Below are positions 1 through 9,972 of a stretch of 55,618 bases of DNA, one piece after another (position 1 is the stretch's first letter; each line of letters begins with the position of its first letter). The stretch is from Thermodesulfobacteriota bacterium. GTDB lineage: Bacteria; Desulfobacterota_D; UBA1144; Nemesobacterales; N074bin48. Where the stretch lies: positions 1-55,618 of the forward strand of contig JBFFSH010000004.1 in the NCBI GenBank assembly GCA_041572575.1. Reading direction: 5' to 3'. A program made the translations under genes and the position numbers. The notes under the pieces are model-generated. The model did not search any database, had not been told where the DNA came from, and worked only from the letters and a program-made list of their open reading frames with translations.

Positions 1-379
1 CTGCTTTTTGTGCACTGCAAAGGGGACAGTTTTTTGTTCATAGTTAAACCTGTTTAACTTTTTTCTCATTATAATATAGTAAATAAAGGCTAAAACCCCA
101 TTTTCAGCACACATTTTTTGCAATTATGCCCATTTCGAACCACAAACATTTTCGTTAAGTAAATGTTTGGTTGGTTATGATCGAAGTTAATCTGCCGATT
201 ATTGATAACAGATTTATTGGATATTAATTAAGAAGAAATCTGCTTTTATTAAGCCCTGGTCAAGGCACACTAACATCAGATCTCTCGTATACACTCGAGA
301 TGACAATTGTGGTTAATGCAATTTCCCCTTGCAATAACCTCTCATAATTCATACAATCCTAGTATAGGGGGTATGAACT

Positions 380-1501
380 ATGCCTAAAGAGGAAAGCAAG
401 TTTAATATTAGGGACTTTGTAGAAGCGGTACCCATAATAAACCCTGAAGATATTTATGAGAAACTTTCTGATCTCGGCTACATAGGCCAGGGGAAAAGCA
501 GAAAAGTTATATCTCTTTCAGCTTACAGGCATGTAAAAAGATTAAAGCAGATCCACTGTGAGCAGGTAAAAAGAACAGATCTCACCCCCAGACCAAACTC
601 TATTCTAATAGGCCCCACAGGCTGCGGCAAAACATATATACTTGAACTGCTTTTTGGGCAGATACTTAAAATTCCATATGTCATCATAGACATGACAAAG
701 TTTACTGAGTCGGGCTACGTGGGTGATGATGTGCTCAATATACTGGTTCAGCTTGTTTATGCATCAAATGAAAACCTGGATATAGCGGAGTGCGGAGTGG
801 TAGTGCTCGATGAATTTGATAAGCTTGCAGGCTCATACAGCAATGCACACTTTGCAGGCCAGGGCACTACAAAGGATGTATCCGGCTATGGGGTACAGAG
901 GGAACTTCTAAAAATCCTGGAGGGCACGGATATTCAGATACCGCTCGATTTTGGTTTTTCAAACCGCGGCCCGAGGGCTATGATGTCCACAAGGGATATT
1001 TCATTTTTTGCAGTTGGAGCATTCTCGGGGATTAAGGATATGTTTAGAGAAGACGGTATGGGATTTGAACAAAAACTGGCTCAGGGCGCAGATCAAAAAT
1101 ATGACATTGCATATAAAATATCAGACGAGCAGGCCGATGATATTTCACAGTTCCACCTCTTTGGATTCCTTCCGGAGCTAATTGCCAGGTTTAATAGAAT
1201 TATCCCGTTCGAACCCCTTGGCAGGGATACTCTAAAGGATATTCTAATACTAAAAGTTGAAAACTATAAAAGAGAGTTTATTCAGGAAGGCTATACACTT
1301 AATATAGATTCAAGCCTTGCAGACCTGGTTGTGGATGAATCGATAAAAAGGCAGACCGGCGCAAGGGGTCTTGATGTTTTGCTTAGTAAGTATATTGAAG
1401 ACGTTGCTTTTGAGCTTTTTGGCAAAGGAAACAGCGGGCAAATTAACATTAAAGCAGATAGAAACGGAAAAGTTTCACATCAGATTAAAAAAAGAGCGTA
1501 G
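380..1501 (+). CDS. ClpX-like AAA+ ATPase (paralog lacking the N-terminal zinc-binding domain)
   Basis: Walker A GPTGCGKT, pore-1 loop TESGYVG, Walker B VVLDEFDK, DVSGYGVQRELLKILEG, GFLPELIARF and TGARGL match ClpX. No N-terminal C4 zinc finger. Confidence 0.85.
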   Translation: MPKEESKFNIRDFVEAVPIINPEDIYEKLSDLGYIGQGKSRKVISLSAYRHVKRLKQIHCEQVKRTDLTPRPNSILIGPTGCGKTYILELLFGQILKIPYVIIDMTKFTESGYVGDDVLNILVQLVYASNENLDIAECGVVVLDEFDKLAGSYSNAHFAGQGTTKDVSGYGVQRELLKILEGTDIQIPLDFGFSNRGPRAMMSTRDISFFAVGAFSGIKDMFREDGMGFEQKLAQGADQKYDIAYKISDEQADDISQFHLFGFLPELIARFNRIIPFEPLGRDTLKDILILKVENYKREFIQEGYTLNIDSSLADLVVDESIKRQTGARGLDVLLSKYIEDVAFELFGKGNSGQINIKADRNGKVSHQIKKRA

Positions 1502-1519
1502 GGCAGGTAATTCCTGCCC
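1501..1519. terminator. GC-rich hairpin between convergent genes, possible terminator
   Basis: GGGCAGG-TAATT-CCTGCCC perfect 7-bp stem directly after the clpX-like stop. No immediate U tract. Confidence 0.45.
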
Positions 1520-1568
1520 CGTGCTCCGTTTATATAAGGAGATTTGATACCCTGTTTATTTACAGTCA

Positions 1569-1832
1569 TTAAATCTTTACTCCAAATACATACTGGCCGT
1601 AATCTTCCAAACTAAATCTTCTTGCATGTTCAGTAGAATTTACATCCACGCTGTCTTTGGCATTGAGATAAAAGCTGATATGATCTGACTCTACATAACT
1701 GCCCTTTATATGATCACTTACTTGATTCTTTTTAACAGGCACATTTACGCCAAATACATTTGTGTCTGCAAAGCTTATTGAGCTAAGCCCCATTGATAAT
1801 GCTATCGCTGTAACTGCTAGTAACTTTTTCAT
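1569..1832 (-). CDS. small exported hypothetical protein (87 aa)
   Basis: Start moved from 1871 to ATG 1832: GAGGT RBS precedes MKKLLAVTAIALSMGLSSISFA, a typical signal peptide. Confidence 0.75.
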   Translation of the reverse strand: MKKLLAVTAIALSMGLSSISFADTNVFGVNVPVKKNQVSDHIKGSYVESDHISFYLNAKDSVDVNSTEHARRFSLEDYGQYVFGVKI

Positions 1833-1985
1833 TTTAGTTACCTCCAAATTGTTATTTATATATTTAGACAAATTACTATATAAAAAGATTCACCTTTTTT
1901 GAATATTCGTTCAAAATAATATAATTGCTATAATTAATTGGTTAGCAATGAGCCTTCTGGTATTATCTAAGCGCTTAATAATATT

Positions 1986-3284
1986 ATGAAAATATCACTT
2001 ACAAGCCTTGGATGCTCTAAAAACCTCGTGGACAGCGAGCTTATACTCGGAAGCCTCACAAACTCAGGCCACGAGATCACTACTGAAGACAAAGCAGACA
2101 TAATTGTAATTAACACATGCGGATTCATAGGCGATGCAAAAAAAGAATCTATAAATACGATCATTGATCTGGCAGAGTATAAGAAAACCGGCTCATGCAA
2201 AAAACTAATAGTCACAGGCTGTTTAGTAGAAAGATACTCGCAGCAGCTAAAAGACGAATTCCCTGAGGTTGATCATTTCTGGGGTACCGGAAACCTGCTA
2301 AAGATTAATGAAGTACTCTCAGATACAATTTACGATTTCAACAAAACCCCTTTTGGAACAATCTATGACCCCGACAGCCCAAGGGTAATGCTCACTGATT
2401 CTCACACAAGTTATGTAAAAGTATCAGAAGGCTGTTCAAGAACCTGCTCATTTTGCATTATTCCCAAGATGAGGGGAATCATGAAAAGCAGGAGTGTTGA
2501 TTCAATATATAATGAAATATCTATGCTTGGACAAAACGGAGTAAAAGAAATAAATCTAATTGCTCAGGACATGACAAGCTACGGCAGAGACATCGGCACA
2601 AGTCTTTACACCCTTTTAAAAGAACTTATAACAATTGATTCTATAGAATGGATGAGGCTGCATTATTGCTACCCTTGGGGAGTAACTGATGAGCTTGTTG
2701 ATCTGCTAGCAGATGACAATAACCTTCTGCCATATATTGACATGCCCATACAGCATATAAATGACAGGATATTAAAACTGATGGATAGAAAAACCCCTAA
2801 AAAGAGAATTTTATCTATTGTAAATAAATTAAAGCAGTCTATGCCCGATCTAACATTAAGAACTACATTTATTGTAGGCTTTCCGTCAGAGACTGAAGAT
2901 GAATTTGAAGAGCTGCTTGAATTTGTTGAGGACACGAAGTTTCAAAGAGCCGGTGCCTTTAGGTATTCGCATGAAGAGGGTACGCCTTCTTTTGATATTG
3001 ATGGTCAGATCGATGAAGACATTAAGGAAGAGAGGCTCGAAAGACTTCTGAATGTTCAGTCCGATATATCGCTTGAAAATAATAAAGCGCTTATAGGTAA
3101 AACATTTGGTTATTTTGTCGAGGGGATAGAGGACGGCAATTATTTTGGCAGAATAAGCACTCAGGCACCCGAGGTTGATGGACTGACGTATATAACTACG
3201 GACAAAAAACTTAAAAAAGGTGATTTCCTGCAAGTCAGAATCACCGAAGCAGATATATACAATTTACACGCAGAACTAGTTTAA
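1986..3284 (+). CDS. rimO: ribosomal protein S12 methylthiotransferase RimO
   Basis: LGCSKNLVDSE, NTCGFI, radical SAM motif CSRTCSFC, C-terminal TRAM domain with APEVDG. Confidence 0.95.
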   Translation: MKISLTSLGCSKNLVDSELILGSLTNSGHEITTEDKADIIVINTCGFIGDAKKESINTIIDLAEYKKTGSCKKLIVTGCLVERYSQQLKDEFPEVDHFWGTGNLLKINEVLSDTIYDFNKTPFGTIYDPDSPRVMLTDSHTSYVKVSEGCSRTCSFCIIPKMRGIMKSRSVDSIYNEISMLGQNGVKEINLIAQDMTSYGRDIGTSLYTLLKELITIDSIEWMRLHYCYPWGVTDELVDLLADDNNLLPYIDMPIQHINDRILKLMDRKTPKKRILSIVNKLKQSMPDLTLRTTFIVGFPSETEDEFEELLEFVEDTKFQRAGAFRYSHEEGTPSFDIDGQIDEDIKEERLERLLNVQSDISLENNKALIGKTFGYFVEGIEDGNYFGRISTQAPEVDGLTYITTDKKLKKGDFLQVRITEADIYNLHAELV

Positions 3285-3301
3285 CTCAGTGGTATGAGAA
3301 G

Positions 3302-4228
3302 ATGAAAATCATTTTCATGGGAACCCCGGAATTTGCCGTACCATCACTCAAGGCACTCACAGAGTCAGAGGATGAAGTAATTGCTGTTGTCTGCCAGCCC
3401 GATAAGCCGGTAGGCAGAAAAAGAGAATTACACAAGCCTCTAACAAAACAGTTTGCCGAAAGCCGGAATATTTCAGTACTACAACCTGCAAAAATTAGAA
3501 ACAATGAAAAATTTCTGAATGAGCTTAAACAACTAGCGCCCGATCTAATTTGCGTAGCAGCCTATGGAAAGATTCTTCCAAAAGAAGTATTAGACCTTCC
3601 AGTGCATGGATGTATTAATGTTCATTCATCATTGCTGCCAAAATACCGTGGTGCCGCACCAATAAATTGGGCAATAATAAACGGTGAGTCCAGGACCGGT
3701 GTTACAACCATGCTAATGGATGAAGGTATGGACACAGGTGACATATTGCTTATTGAAGAAACTAACATTACTGCTGACGATACCTCTGAAACCCTTACAA
3801 AAAGGTTATCTGAAATTGGCGCAGAATTATTAATCAAGACAATAGATGAATTAAAACAAGAGGGACTCAATCCCATAAAGCAAAGTGATAGTGAAGCTAC
3901 CCTCGCACCCATACTCAAAAAAGAACACGGGGAAATAGACTGGTCAAAATCAGCCACTGAAATCAGAAATCAGATAAGAGGTCTTCTGCCATGGCCGGTA
4001 GCATATACGAATCTAAACGGAAAGATGCTAAAAATATTTAGCGCCGATGTTTCCGAGAAAAGCGGTGATCCCGGAGTAGTATTAGAAGCAAGTAAAAGTA
4101 TTCTTAGAATTGCATGCGGATCCGGAAGTCTTGACTTAAAAGAGCTGCAGCTTGAGGGAAACAAGAAAATGGAAATCAGATCATTTCTTGCCGGAAGAAA
4201 AATAGAAAGTGGAATGAGACTTGGTTAG
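3302..4228 (+). CDS. fmt: methionyl-tRNA formyltransferase
   Basis: IIFMGTPEFA, CQPDKPVGR, NVHSSLLPKYRGAAPI, MDEGMDTG. Confidence 0.97.
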   Translation: MKIIFMGTPEFAVPSLKALTESEDEVIAVVCQPDKPVGRKRELHKPLTKQFAESRNISVLQPAKIRNNEKFLNELKQLAPDLICVAAYGKILPKEVLDLPVHGCINVHSSLLPKYRGAAPINWAIINGESRTGVTTMLMDEGMDTGDILLIEETNITADDTSETLTKRLSEIGAELLIKTIDELKQEGLNPIKQSDSEATLAPILKKEHGEIDWSKSATEIRNQIRGLLPWPVAYTNLNGKMLKIFSADVSEKSGDPGVVLEASKSILRIACGSGSLDLKELQLEGNKKMEIRSFLAGRKIESGMRLG

Positions 4229-4593
4229 ACACCTATATGTACATCAAAAAACTTTATGTCCACTTTTGCAACGAGTCCGCTTTTCCATACAAGATCGCGT
4301 GCCTTCTTCTGTTCTTCTTTGGGAACTACAAGTGTGAGTTTTGCTCCAAGCTCCGATAGAGCTTTCCACTTGTCCACACAGCTCTCGTCTACTGTTTCTT
4401 TTGTATCAACCTCTATTATGCCCACAACCTGACCATGATTTACCATCACAACATCGGGATATTTACCCTCTAAATCGTAATTCTGCTCATCACCCGGATT
4501 GATATTGACCTCGCTATACATTCTGCCATTTTTCTCTTTTATCTTTCTTATAACCCAGTCATGAAGGAACTGTTCATCTTCAGAGCGTGCCAT
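4225..4593 (-). CDS. hypothetical protein, possible minimal PD-(D/E)xK nuclease-like fold
   Basis: ORF overlaps the nadK stop. YPDVVMV...GIIEVDTK pattern. ATG 4593 preferred over GTG 4602 because of the GGGG RBS spacing. Confidence 0.6.
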   Translation of the reverse strand: MARSEDEQFLHDWVIRKIKEKNGRMYSEVNINPGDEQNYDLEGKYPDVVMVNHGQVVGIIEVDTKETVDESCVDKWKALSELGAKLTLVVPKEEQKKARDLVWKSGLVAKVDIKFFDVHIGV

Positions 4594-5443
4594 AACGTTC
4601 ACCCCACATTAATTTAGTTTTAAGAATTGTAAAATAATCCCTGAATGGAGACTTAATAAATTTGACTGTTTTTTCTGACTTTGAGACTTCAACAACATCA
4701 TTAGGAATCAGATCAAAACTAATCTGCCCGTCGAGTGTAAGATGCAGCTCTGTTTCTTCAGACAGCGATCTGACTCTAATCTTCCTCTCATTAGACACTA
4801 CAAGCGGCCTGTTAGTAAGCGTATGAGGACAAATTGGTGTTATGATCATAAGTGGTAGGGTTGGAAACACGATGGGCCCTCCTGCAGAAAGTGAATATGC
4901 AGTAGAACCTGTTGGAGTTGATAGTATCAGACCATCGGCCTTTACGGTAGTAATCTGCTTATTATTAGTTTCTACTGAAAGGTCAACAACTCTGGAAACT
5001 ACACCCCTGCTTATAACCACATCATTAAGTACATCATATTTGCAGAACTGCTTTCCATCTCTAAGGACCCTGGCTGTTATCATATCGCGTGTTTCAATAT
5101 CATAAGTACCCTTTGCGATGATATCCACAAGCTCAAGCGCCTCTTCTCTTGTAACCTCAGTGAGGAATCCCAGGTTTCCCATATTAATGCCTACAACAGG
5201 CACATCTGTGCCGCTTAGGTTTCTGGAAACCCCAAGGAACGTACCGTCACCGCCAAGTACGATCACCACATCAGATTTCTCTTGAATTTTCTCGGCTTTA
5301 GTTGAATTAGCATGATCCACCAATACAGCCAGTTCGTCCTCTAAAAAGACTTCGATCCCTTGTGAACCAAATTTTTCTATAAGCAATTTTGCAAGTTTAA
5401 TAACTTCGCTATTATCTTTTTTGCCGACTATTCCTACTTTCAA
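4580..5443 (-). CDS. nadK: NAD(+) kinase
   Basis: LGGDGTFL, GINMGNLGFL, LNDVVI, ADGLILSTPTGSTAYSLSAGGP. TTG start with GGAG RBS. Confidence 0.96.
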   Translation of the reverse strand: MKVGIVGKKDNSEVIKLAKLLIEKFGSQGIEVFLEDELAVLVDHANSTKAEKIQEKSDVVIVLGGDGTFLGVSRNLSGTDVPVVGINMGNLGFLTEVTREEALELVDIIAKGTYDIETRDMITARVLRDGKQFCKYDVLNDVVISRGVVSRVVDLSVETNNKQITTVKADGLILSTPTGSTAYSLSAGGPIVFPTLPLMIITPICPHTLTNRPLVVSNERKIRVRSLSEETELHLTLDGQISFDLIPNDVVEVSKSEKTVKFIKSPFRDYFTILKTKLMWGERYGTL

Positions 5444-5472
5444 TTCAAATCTCTCCTATAAGATTTAATTAT

Positions 5473-6577
5473 CTAATTATTATTAGAAGAGTGCAACAAA
5501 TAATTTTTTATAAATTCACTAAGGTCCCCGTCCATAACGGGATCGACATTTCCTGTTTCAAAACCGGTCCTGTGATCCTTAATCATCCTGTATGGATGAA
5601 ACACGTATGAGCGAATCTGGGAGCCCCACCCTATTTCCATTTTTGATGATTCAATATTGTCGAGCTTTTCCTGCTGCTTTTGTTTTTCAAGCTCATAGAG
5701 CCTGCCTTTTAAAATCTTCATACAAGTAGCCCTGTTTTGGTGCTGAGACCTTTCATTCTGACAGCTAACAACAATATTTGTTGGAATATGAGTTATTCTT
5801 ACTGCAGAATCTGTCTTGTTTACATGCTGCCCACCGGCTCCTGAGGCCCTGTATGTATCTACTCGCAGGTCTTTTTCTTCGATCTCAATATCTATATCGT
5901 CTTCGATTTCAGGTGTAACAAATACGGACGAAAACGAAGTGTGCCGTCTTTTGTTAGAATCAAATGGTGAAATGCGCACAAGCCTGTGCACGCCGCTCTC
6001 TCCTTTTAAGTATCCATACGCGTAAGGACCCTTTGCCAAAAACGTACAGCTCTTTACCCCGGCATCATCACCAGGCTGGTTATCGAGCATCTGCACATCA
6101 AAACCGCTCATCTCACAGTACCGCAGGTACATCCGCAGGAGTATCTCCGTCCAGTCCTGAGCCTCTGTACCCCCTGCTCCTGAATTTATGGAAATAATAG
6201 CATTATTCGGGTCTTCGGGCTCACCCAGAATTCTTTTAAACTCGAGTGATTCAAGCCTTTTGTATAAGGCTGACAACTTGCCCTGTACTTCGGCCCCCGT
6301 GGTTTCATCGTTTTCTTCGGCGCTGAGCTCAGATAACAATTCGGCTTCTTCGAGTTCTTCAGATAAGGAGCTCCAGTCACTTACAATTGTTTTTATCTGA
6401 GACTGTTCTTTCAGCACCTTTTGTGCAGATTCTTTATTATCCCAAAAATCTGCCTGGCTTACTTCCAGATCGAGTTCATAGAGTCTGTCTTTTTTTGCAG
6501 GCAGGTCAAAGATAGTCTCCCAGCAGCTTTAGTCTTGTCTTTATATCCTGAATTTTGTCTTTGTTCTCTGTAAACAT
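5473..6577 (-). CDS. prfB: peptide chain release factor 2, with programmed +1 frameshift
   Basis: SPF and GGQ motifs. First 23 codons from ATG 6577 (MFTENKDKIQDIKTRLKLLGDYL) end in CTT TGA C, and the +1 frame continues DLPAKKDRLYEL...FWDN into the long ORF. Confidence 0.96.
6505..6521 (-). promoter_or_regulatory. RF2 autoregulatory frameshift site
   Basis: GGGAGAC TAT CTT TGA C: internal SD-like element followed by the canonical CTT-TGA-C slippery site. Confidence 0.93.
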
Positions 6578-6710
6578 GGCTATATATAAATTTGTTTAGA
6601 ATATAAATTGATCCATATCTAATAGCAAGTTTGATTTATATCTGCGCGGGGTTTGAATTATAACAGGATTAGGGTAAATTTTTCGCAAATTTTAGTTAAG
6701 GAGATTAACA

Positions 6711-7850
6711 TTGAAGACTTATCTTTTCACCCCTGGTCCGGTGTCTGTGCCGGAAGAAGTTTTGCTGCAAATGGCAAAACCTATTATTCATCACAGAACT
6801 GAAGAATTTGAAAGTATTTTTGCAGAGGTACGCGAAGGATTAAAATACGTTTATGAAACTCAAAAAGAAGTATACATACTGGCTGCATCTGGCACAGGTG
6901 CAATGGAAGCCGCAGTGGCAAATACCTTGAGCAGAGGTGATAAGGTACTGGTAGTAAACGGCGGTAAATTTGGAGAAAGATGGGGAAAAATTTCAAAGGC
7001 TTACGGGCTAGAAGTAGTTGAAGAAACAGTTGAATGGGGTTACAGCGTAGACCCTGCCAGGATTGAAGAACATCTAAATAACGATAAAGATATCAAGGCT
7101 GTAATGATACAGGCCAGTGAAACCTCCACAGGTGTTATGCACCCGACAAAGGAAATTGGACAGATCACCAAAAAAAGAGACGATGTAATATTAATAGTTG
7201 ATGGAATAACCGGAGTTTGTGTTTTCCCACTGCCTTTTGATGAATATGGAATAGATGTTTTAGTAGGGGGTTCGCAAAAGGCTTTTATGCTACCTCCCGG
7301 ACTGTCATTTGCTGCAATGAGTGATAAGGCCTGGGGATTTTATGAAAAATCGGATCTTCCAAAGTTTTATTTTGATTTTAAGAGCTGTGAGAAAAATGCT
7401 TTAAAAAACACAACAGCTTTTACCCCTGCGGTAAGCCTTATAATCGGACTTGCTCAGGTGCTTAGGAACTTTAGGGCTGAAGGCCTTGAAAATATCCATA
7501 ACAGGCATGAGAAACTAGCACTTGCCACAAGGGAAGCAATGAAAGCAATAGGGCTTGAAGGCTTTGTAAAAGGCACACCAAGCACAGCTCTGAACGTCAC
7601 TTATGCTCCTGAAGAAATTGGCGCTAAGAAAATGATAAGCTCTCTTAGCAGTGATTTTGGAATAACTCTTGCAGGCGGCCAGGATCATGCAAAAGGAAAG
7701 ATTTTCAGGATGTCGCATATTGGTTATATAGACAGAGCTGATACCATTGGTGTTATCTCCGCTATAGAATCAGTTCTTAAAAATCTGGGTCATGAGTTCG
7801 AGTTTGGTGCAGGCACTAAAGTAGCAAGTGAAATCCTGCGTAACATGTAG
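6711..7850 (+). CDS. class V PLP-dependent aminotransferase (alanine-glyoxylate/serine-pyruvate family)
   Basis: LFTPGPV, HHRT, SGTGAMEA, SETSTGV, GGSQKAFMLPPG (PLP lysine), FRMSHIG. TTG start with AAGGAG RBS. Confidence 0.9.
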   Translation: MKTYLFTPGPVSVPEEVLLQMAKPIIHHRTEEFESIFAEVREGLKYVYETQKEVYILAASGTGAMEAAVANTLSRGDKVLVVNGGKFGERWGKISKAYGLEVVEETVEWGYSVDPARIEEHLNNDKDIKAVMIQASETSTGVMHPTKEIGQITKKRDDVILIVDGITGVCVFPLPFDEYGIDVLVGGSQKAFMLPPGLSFAAMSDKAWGFYEKSDLPKFYFDFKSCEKNALKNTTAFTPAVSLIIGLAQVLRNFRAEGLENIHNRHEKLALATREAMKAIGLEGFVKGTPSTALNVTYAPEEIGAKKMISSLSSDFGITLAGGQDHAKGKIFRMSHIGYIDRADTIGVISAIESVLKNLGHEFEFGAGTKVASEILRNM

Positions 7851-7903
7851 TTTATTCATAAAAATAATTATTCGTACATCTCTAACTTTTATATAGGTTG
7901 TGA

Positions 7904-9700
7904 ATGGATCCTAAATTTATTAGGAATTTTTGCATAATTGCACATGTAGACCACGGAAAATCTACTCTAGCCGACAGAATCCTCGAGTATACGGGAACCG
8001 TTGAGAAGAGGGACATGGAAGAACAGTTCCTCGACAAAATGGATCTGGAAAAAGAAAGAGGAATTACAATTAAGGCACAGTCTGTAAAGATTAATTATAA
8101 ATCTGAAGACGGCCAGTTATACCAATTCAATCTTATTGATACCCCCGGGCACGTGGATTTCAGCTATGAAGTATCCAGAAGCCTGGAAGCCTGTGAAGGG
8201 GCGCTGCTGGTAGTGGACGCTTCACAGGGTGTAGAGGCCCAAACCGTTGCAAATGCTTATCTTGCTGTAGATATTGGTTTGGAGTTAATTCCTGTAATAA
8301 ATAAGATTGACCTTCCTTCAGCAGATCCCGAAAGGGTAAAACGTGAAATAGAAGATATTGTAGGTATTGATGCTACAGATGCGACACTTGCAAGTGCAAA
8401 AACCGGTATCGGTATAAAGGAAATACTCGAATCCATTATTCACCTTATTCCTCCACCTCAAGACAATAGGGGAAAACCTCTTAAGGCGCTTATATTTGAC
8501 AGCTGGTTCGATTCATATCAGGGTGTAGTGATGCTGGTTCGGGTGTTTGAAGGAGCCATAAATGTTGGCAAAAATATAATGTTTATGTCTACAGGTAAAT
8601 CTTTTGATGTAAAAACACTTGGAGTTTTTTCTCCAACCGCTATAGCTTTAAAGACTCTTGGAACGGGCGAGGTGGGTCTTGTAACCGCATCGATTAAAGA
8701 TATAGAAGAGGCAAAGGTTGGTGACACTATAACATCTTTGGAAAATCCAACAGATAAACCCATACCCGGGTTTAGAGAAGTGCAGCCGATGGTATTTAGC
8801 GGACTTTATCCAATAGACACAAATGATTACGAGAAATTAAAAGATGCCCTGCTTAAGCTTGGGCTAAATGACGCATCTCTTACCTATGAGCCAGAAACTT
8901 CGGTTGCTCTTGGTTTTGGCTTCAGGTGTGGTTTTCTTGGCCTGCTTCATATGGAAATTATCAAAGAGCGTTTAGAAAGAGAATTTGATCTAAATCTTAT
9001 CACAACTGCTCCCACTGTAGTATACAGGGTAATAGACAAGACAGGAAAAATGACTGAAGTGGAAAACCCGAGCAAGCTTCCCACACCGGATAAGTTTGAG
9101 ATAATAGAAGAGCCTTATGTAAAAGTCACCCTGCATACGCCAAATCAGTTCCTTGGCGCTATATTTGATCTTTGCAGAAGCAAGCGAGGGATTCAAAAAA
9201 ACCTGAGCTATAAAACAGAGGACAGAGTGTTGGTGGAATATGAACTTCCGCTCTCTGAAATAGTTTATGATTTCTATGATACACTCAAATCAATCTCCAA
9301 GGGCTACGCTTCAATGGACTATGAACCAATCGGCTACCGGGCCTCTGATCTTATTAAGATGGAGATACTTATAAACGGTGACCCCGTGGATGCGCTTTCT
9401 GTTATCACTCATAAAGAAAAAGCATACGAGAGAGGAAAAGCACTTATTGAGAAACTCCGGTCACTCATTCCAAGACAGCTGTATGATGTAGCTATTCAGG
9501 CAGCAATTGGAAACAGGATCATTTCAAGAGAATCCGTTAAGGCTCTAAGAAAAGATGTGACGGCAAAATGTTATGGCGGTGATGTTTCGAGAAAGAGAAA
9601 ACTTCTTGAAAAGCAAAAAGAGGGAAAGAAAAGAATGAAGCAGGTAGGCAGCATAGAAATCCCTCAGGAAGCTTTTTATGCAGTGCTTAAGAATGATTAA
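7904..9700 (+). CDS. lepA: elongation factor 4 (LepA)
   Basis: [50 protein letters not shown]. Confidence 0.98.
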   Translation: MDPKFIRNFCIIAHVDHGKSTLADRILEYTGTVEKRDMEEQFLDKMDLEKERGITIKAQSVKINYKSEDGQLYQFNLIDTPGHVDFSYEVSRSLEACEGALLVVDASQGVEAQTVANAYLAVDIGLELIPVINKIDLPSADPERVKREIEDIVGIDATDATLASAKTGIGIKEILESIIHLIPPPQDNRGKPLKALIFDSWFDSYQGVVMLVRVFEGAINVGKNIMFMSTGKSFDVKTLGVFSPTAIALKTLGTGEVGLVTASIKDIEEAKVGDTITSLENPTDKPIPGFREVQPMVFSGLYPIDTNDYEKLKDALLKLGLNDASLTYEPETSVALGFGFRCGFLGLLHMEIIKERLEREFDLNLITTAPTVVYRVIDKTGKMTEVENPSKLPTPDKFEIIEEPYVKVTLHTPNQFLGAIFDLCRSKRGIQKNLSYKTEDRVLVEYELPLSEIVYDFYDTLKSISKGYASMDYEPIGYRASDLIKMEILINGDPVDALSVITHKEKAYERGKALIEKLRSLIPRQLYDVAIQAAIGNRIISRESVKALRKDVTAKCYGGDVSRKRKLLEKQKEGKKRMKQVGSIEIPQEAFYAVLKND

Positions 9701-9955
9701 TTAATCGGCAAATATCCAGTAAGGATGGTCTTTATTAGTTATGAGGCCGTATTCTTGTCCTGTAATTTGATAATCAATCCACAATGCCGGATAAAAAATA
9801 ATATGTATAATTTTATGAGAAATCTTGCTCTCTTCGAGTAAAATATAATTGGATTGTACTGAAGAGACTTGAGTATATTTGTACTTAATTGATAAAAATG
9901 TGCAGATATATATTATTGAAAATATAATAAGAACCGAGACTAACCATCTTTTCAT
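9701..9955 (-). CDS. small hypothetical membrane protein
   Basis: 84-aa ORF at the end of the nadD-rsfS run with an N-terminal hydrophobic segment. AT-rich. Confidence 0.55.
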   Translation of the reverse strand: MKRWLVSVLIIFSIIYICTFLSIKYKYTQVSSVQSNYILLEESKISHKIIHIIFYPALWIDYQITGQEYGLITNKDHPYWIFAD

Positions 9956-9972
9956 AATTTCACTATAATTGT

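Noticed and set aside
1-69. Possible N terminus of a minus-strand gene leaving the window (ATG 69 or ATG 41)
   Set aside because: Too short, no RBS and no recognisable sequence.
5473-6577. prfB as a truncated or frameshifted pseudogene
   Set aside because: The break is the canonical programmed CTT-TGA-C site.
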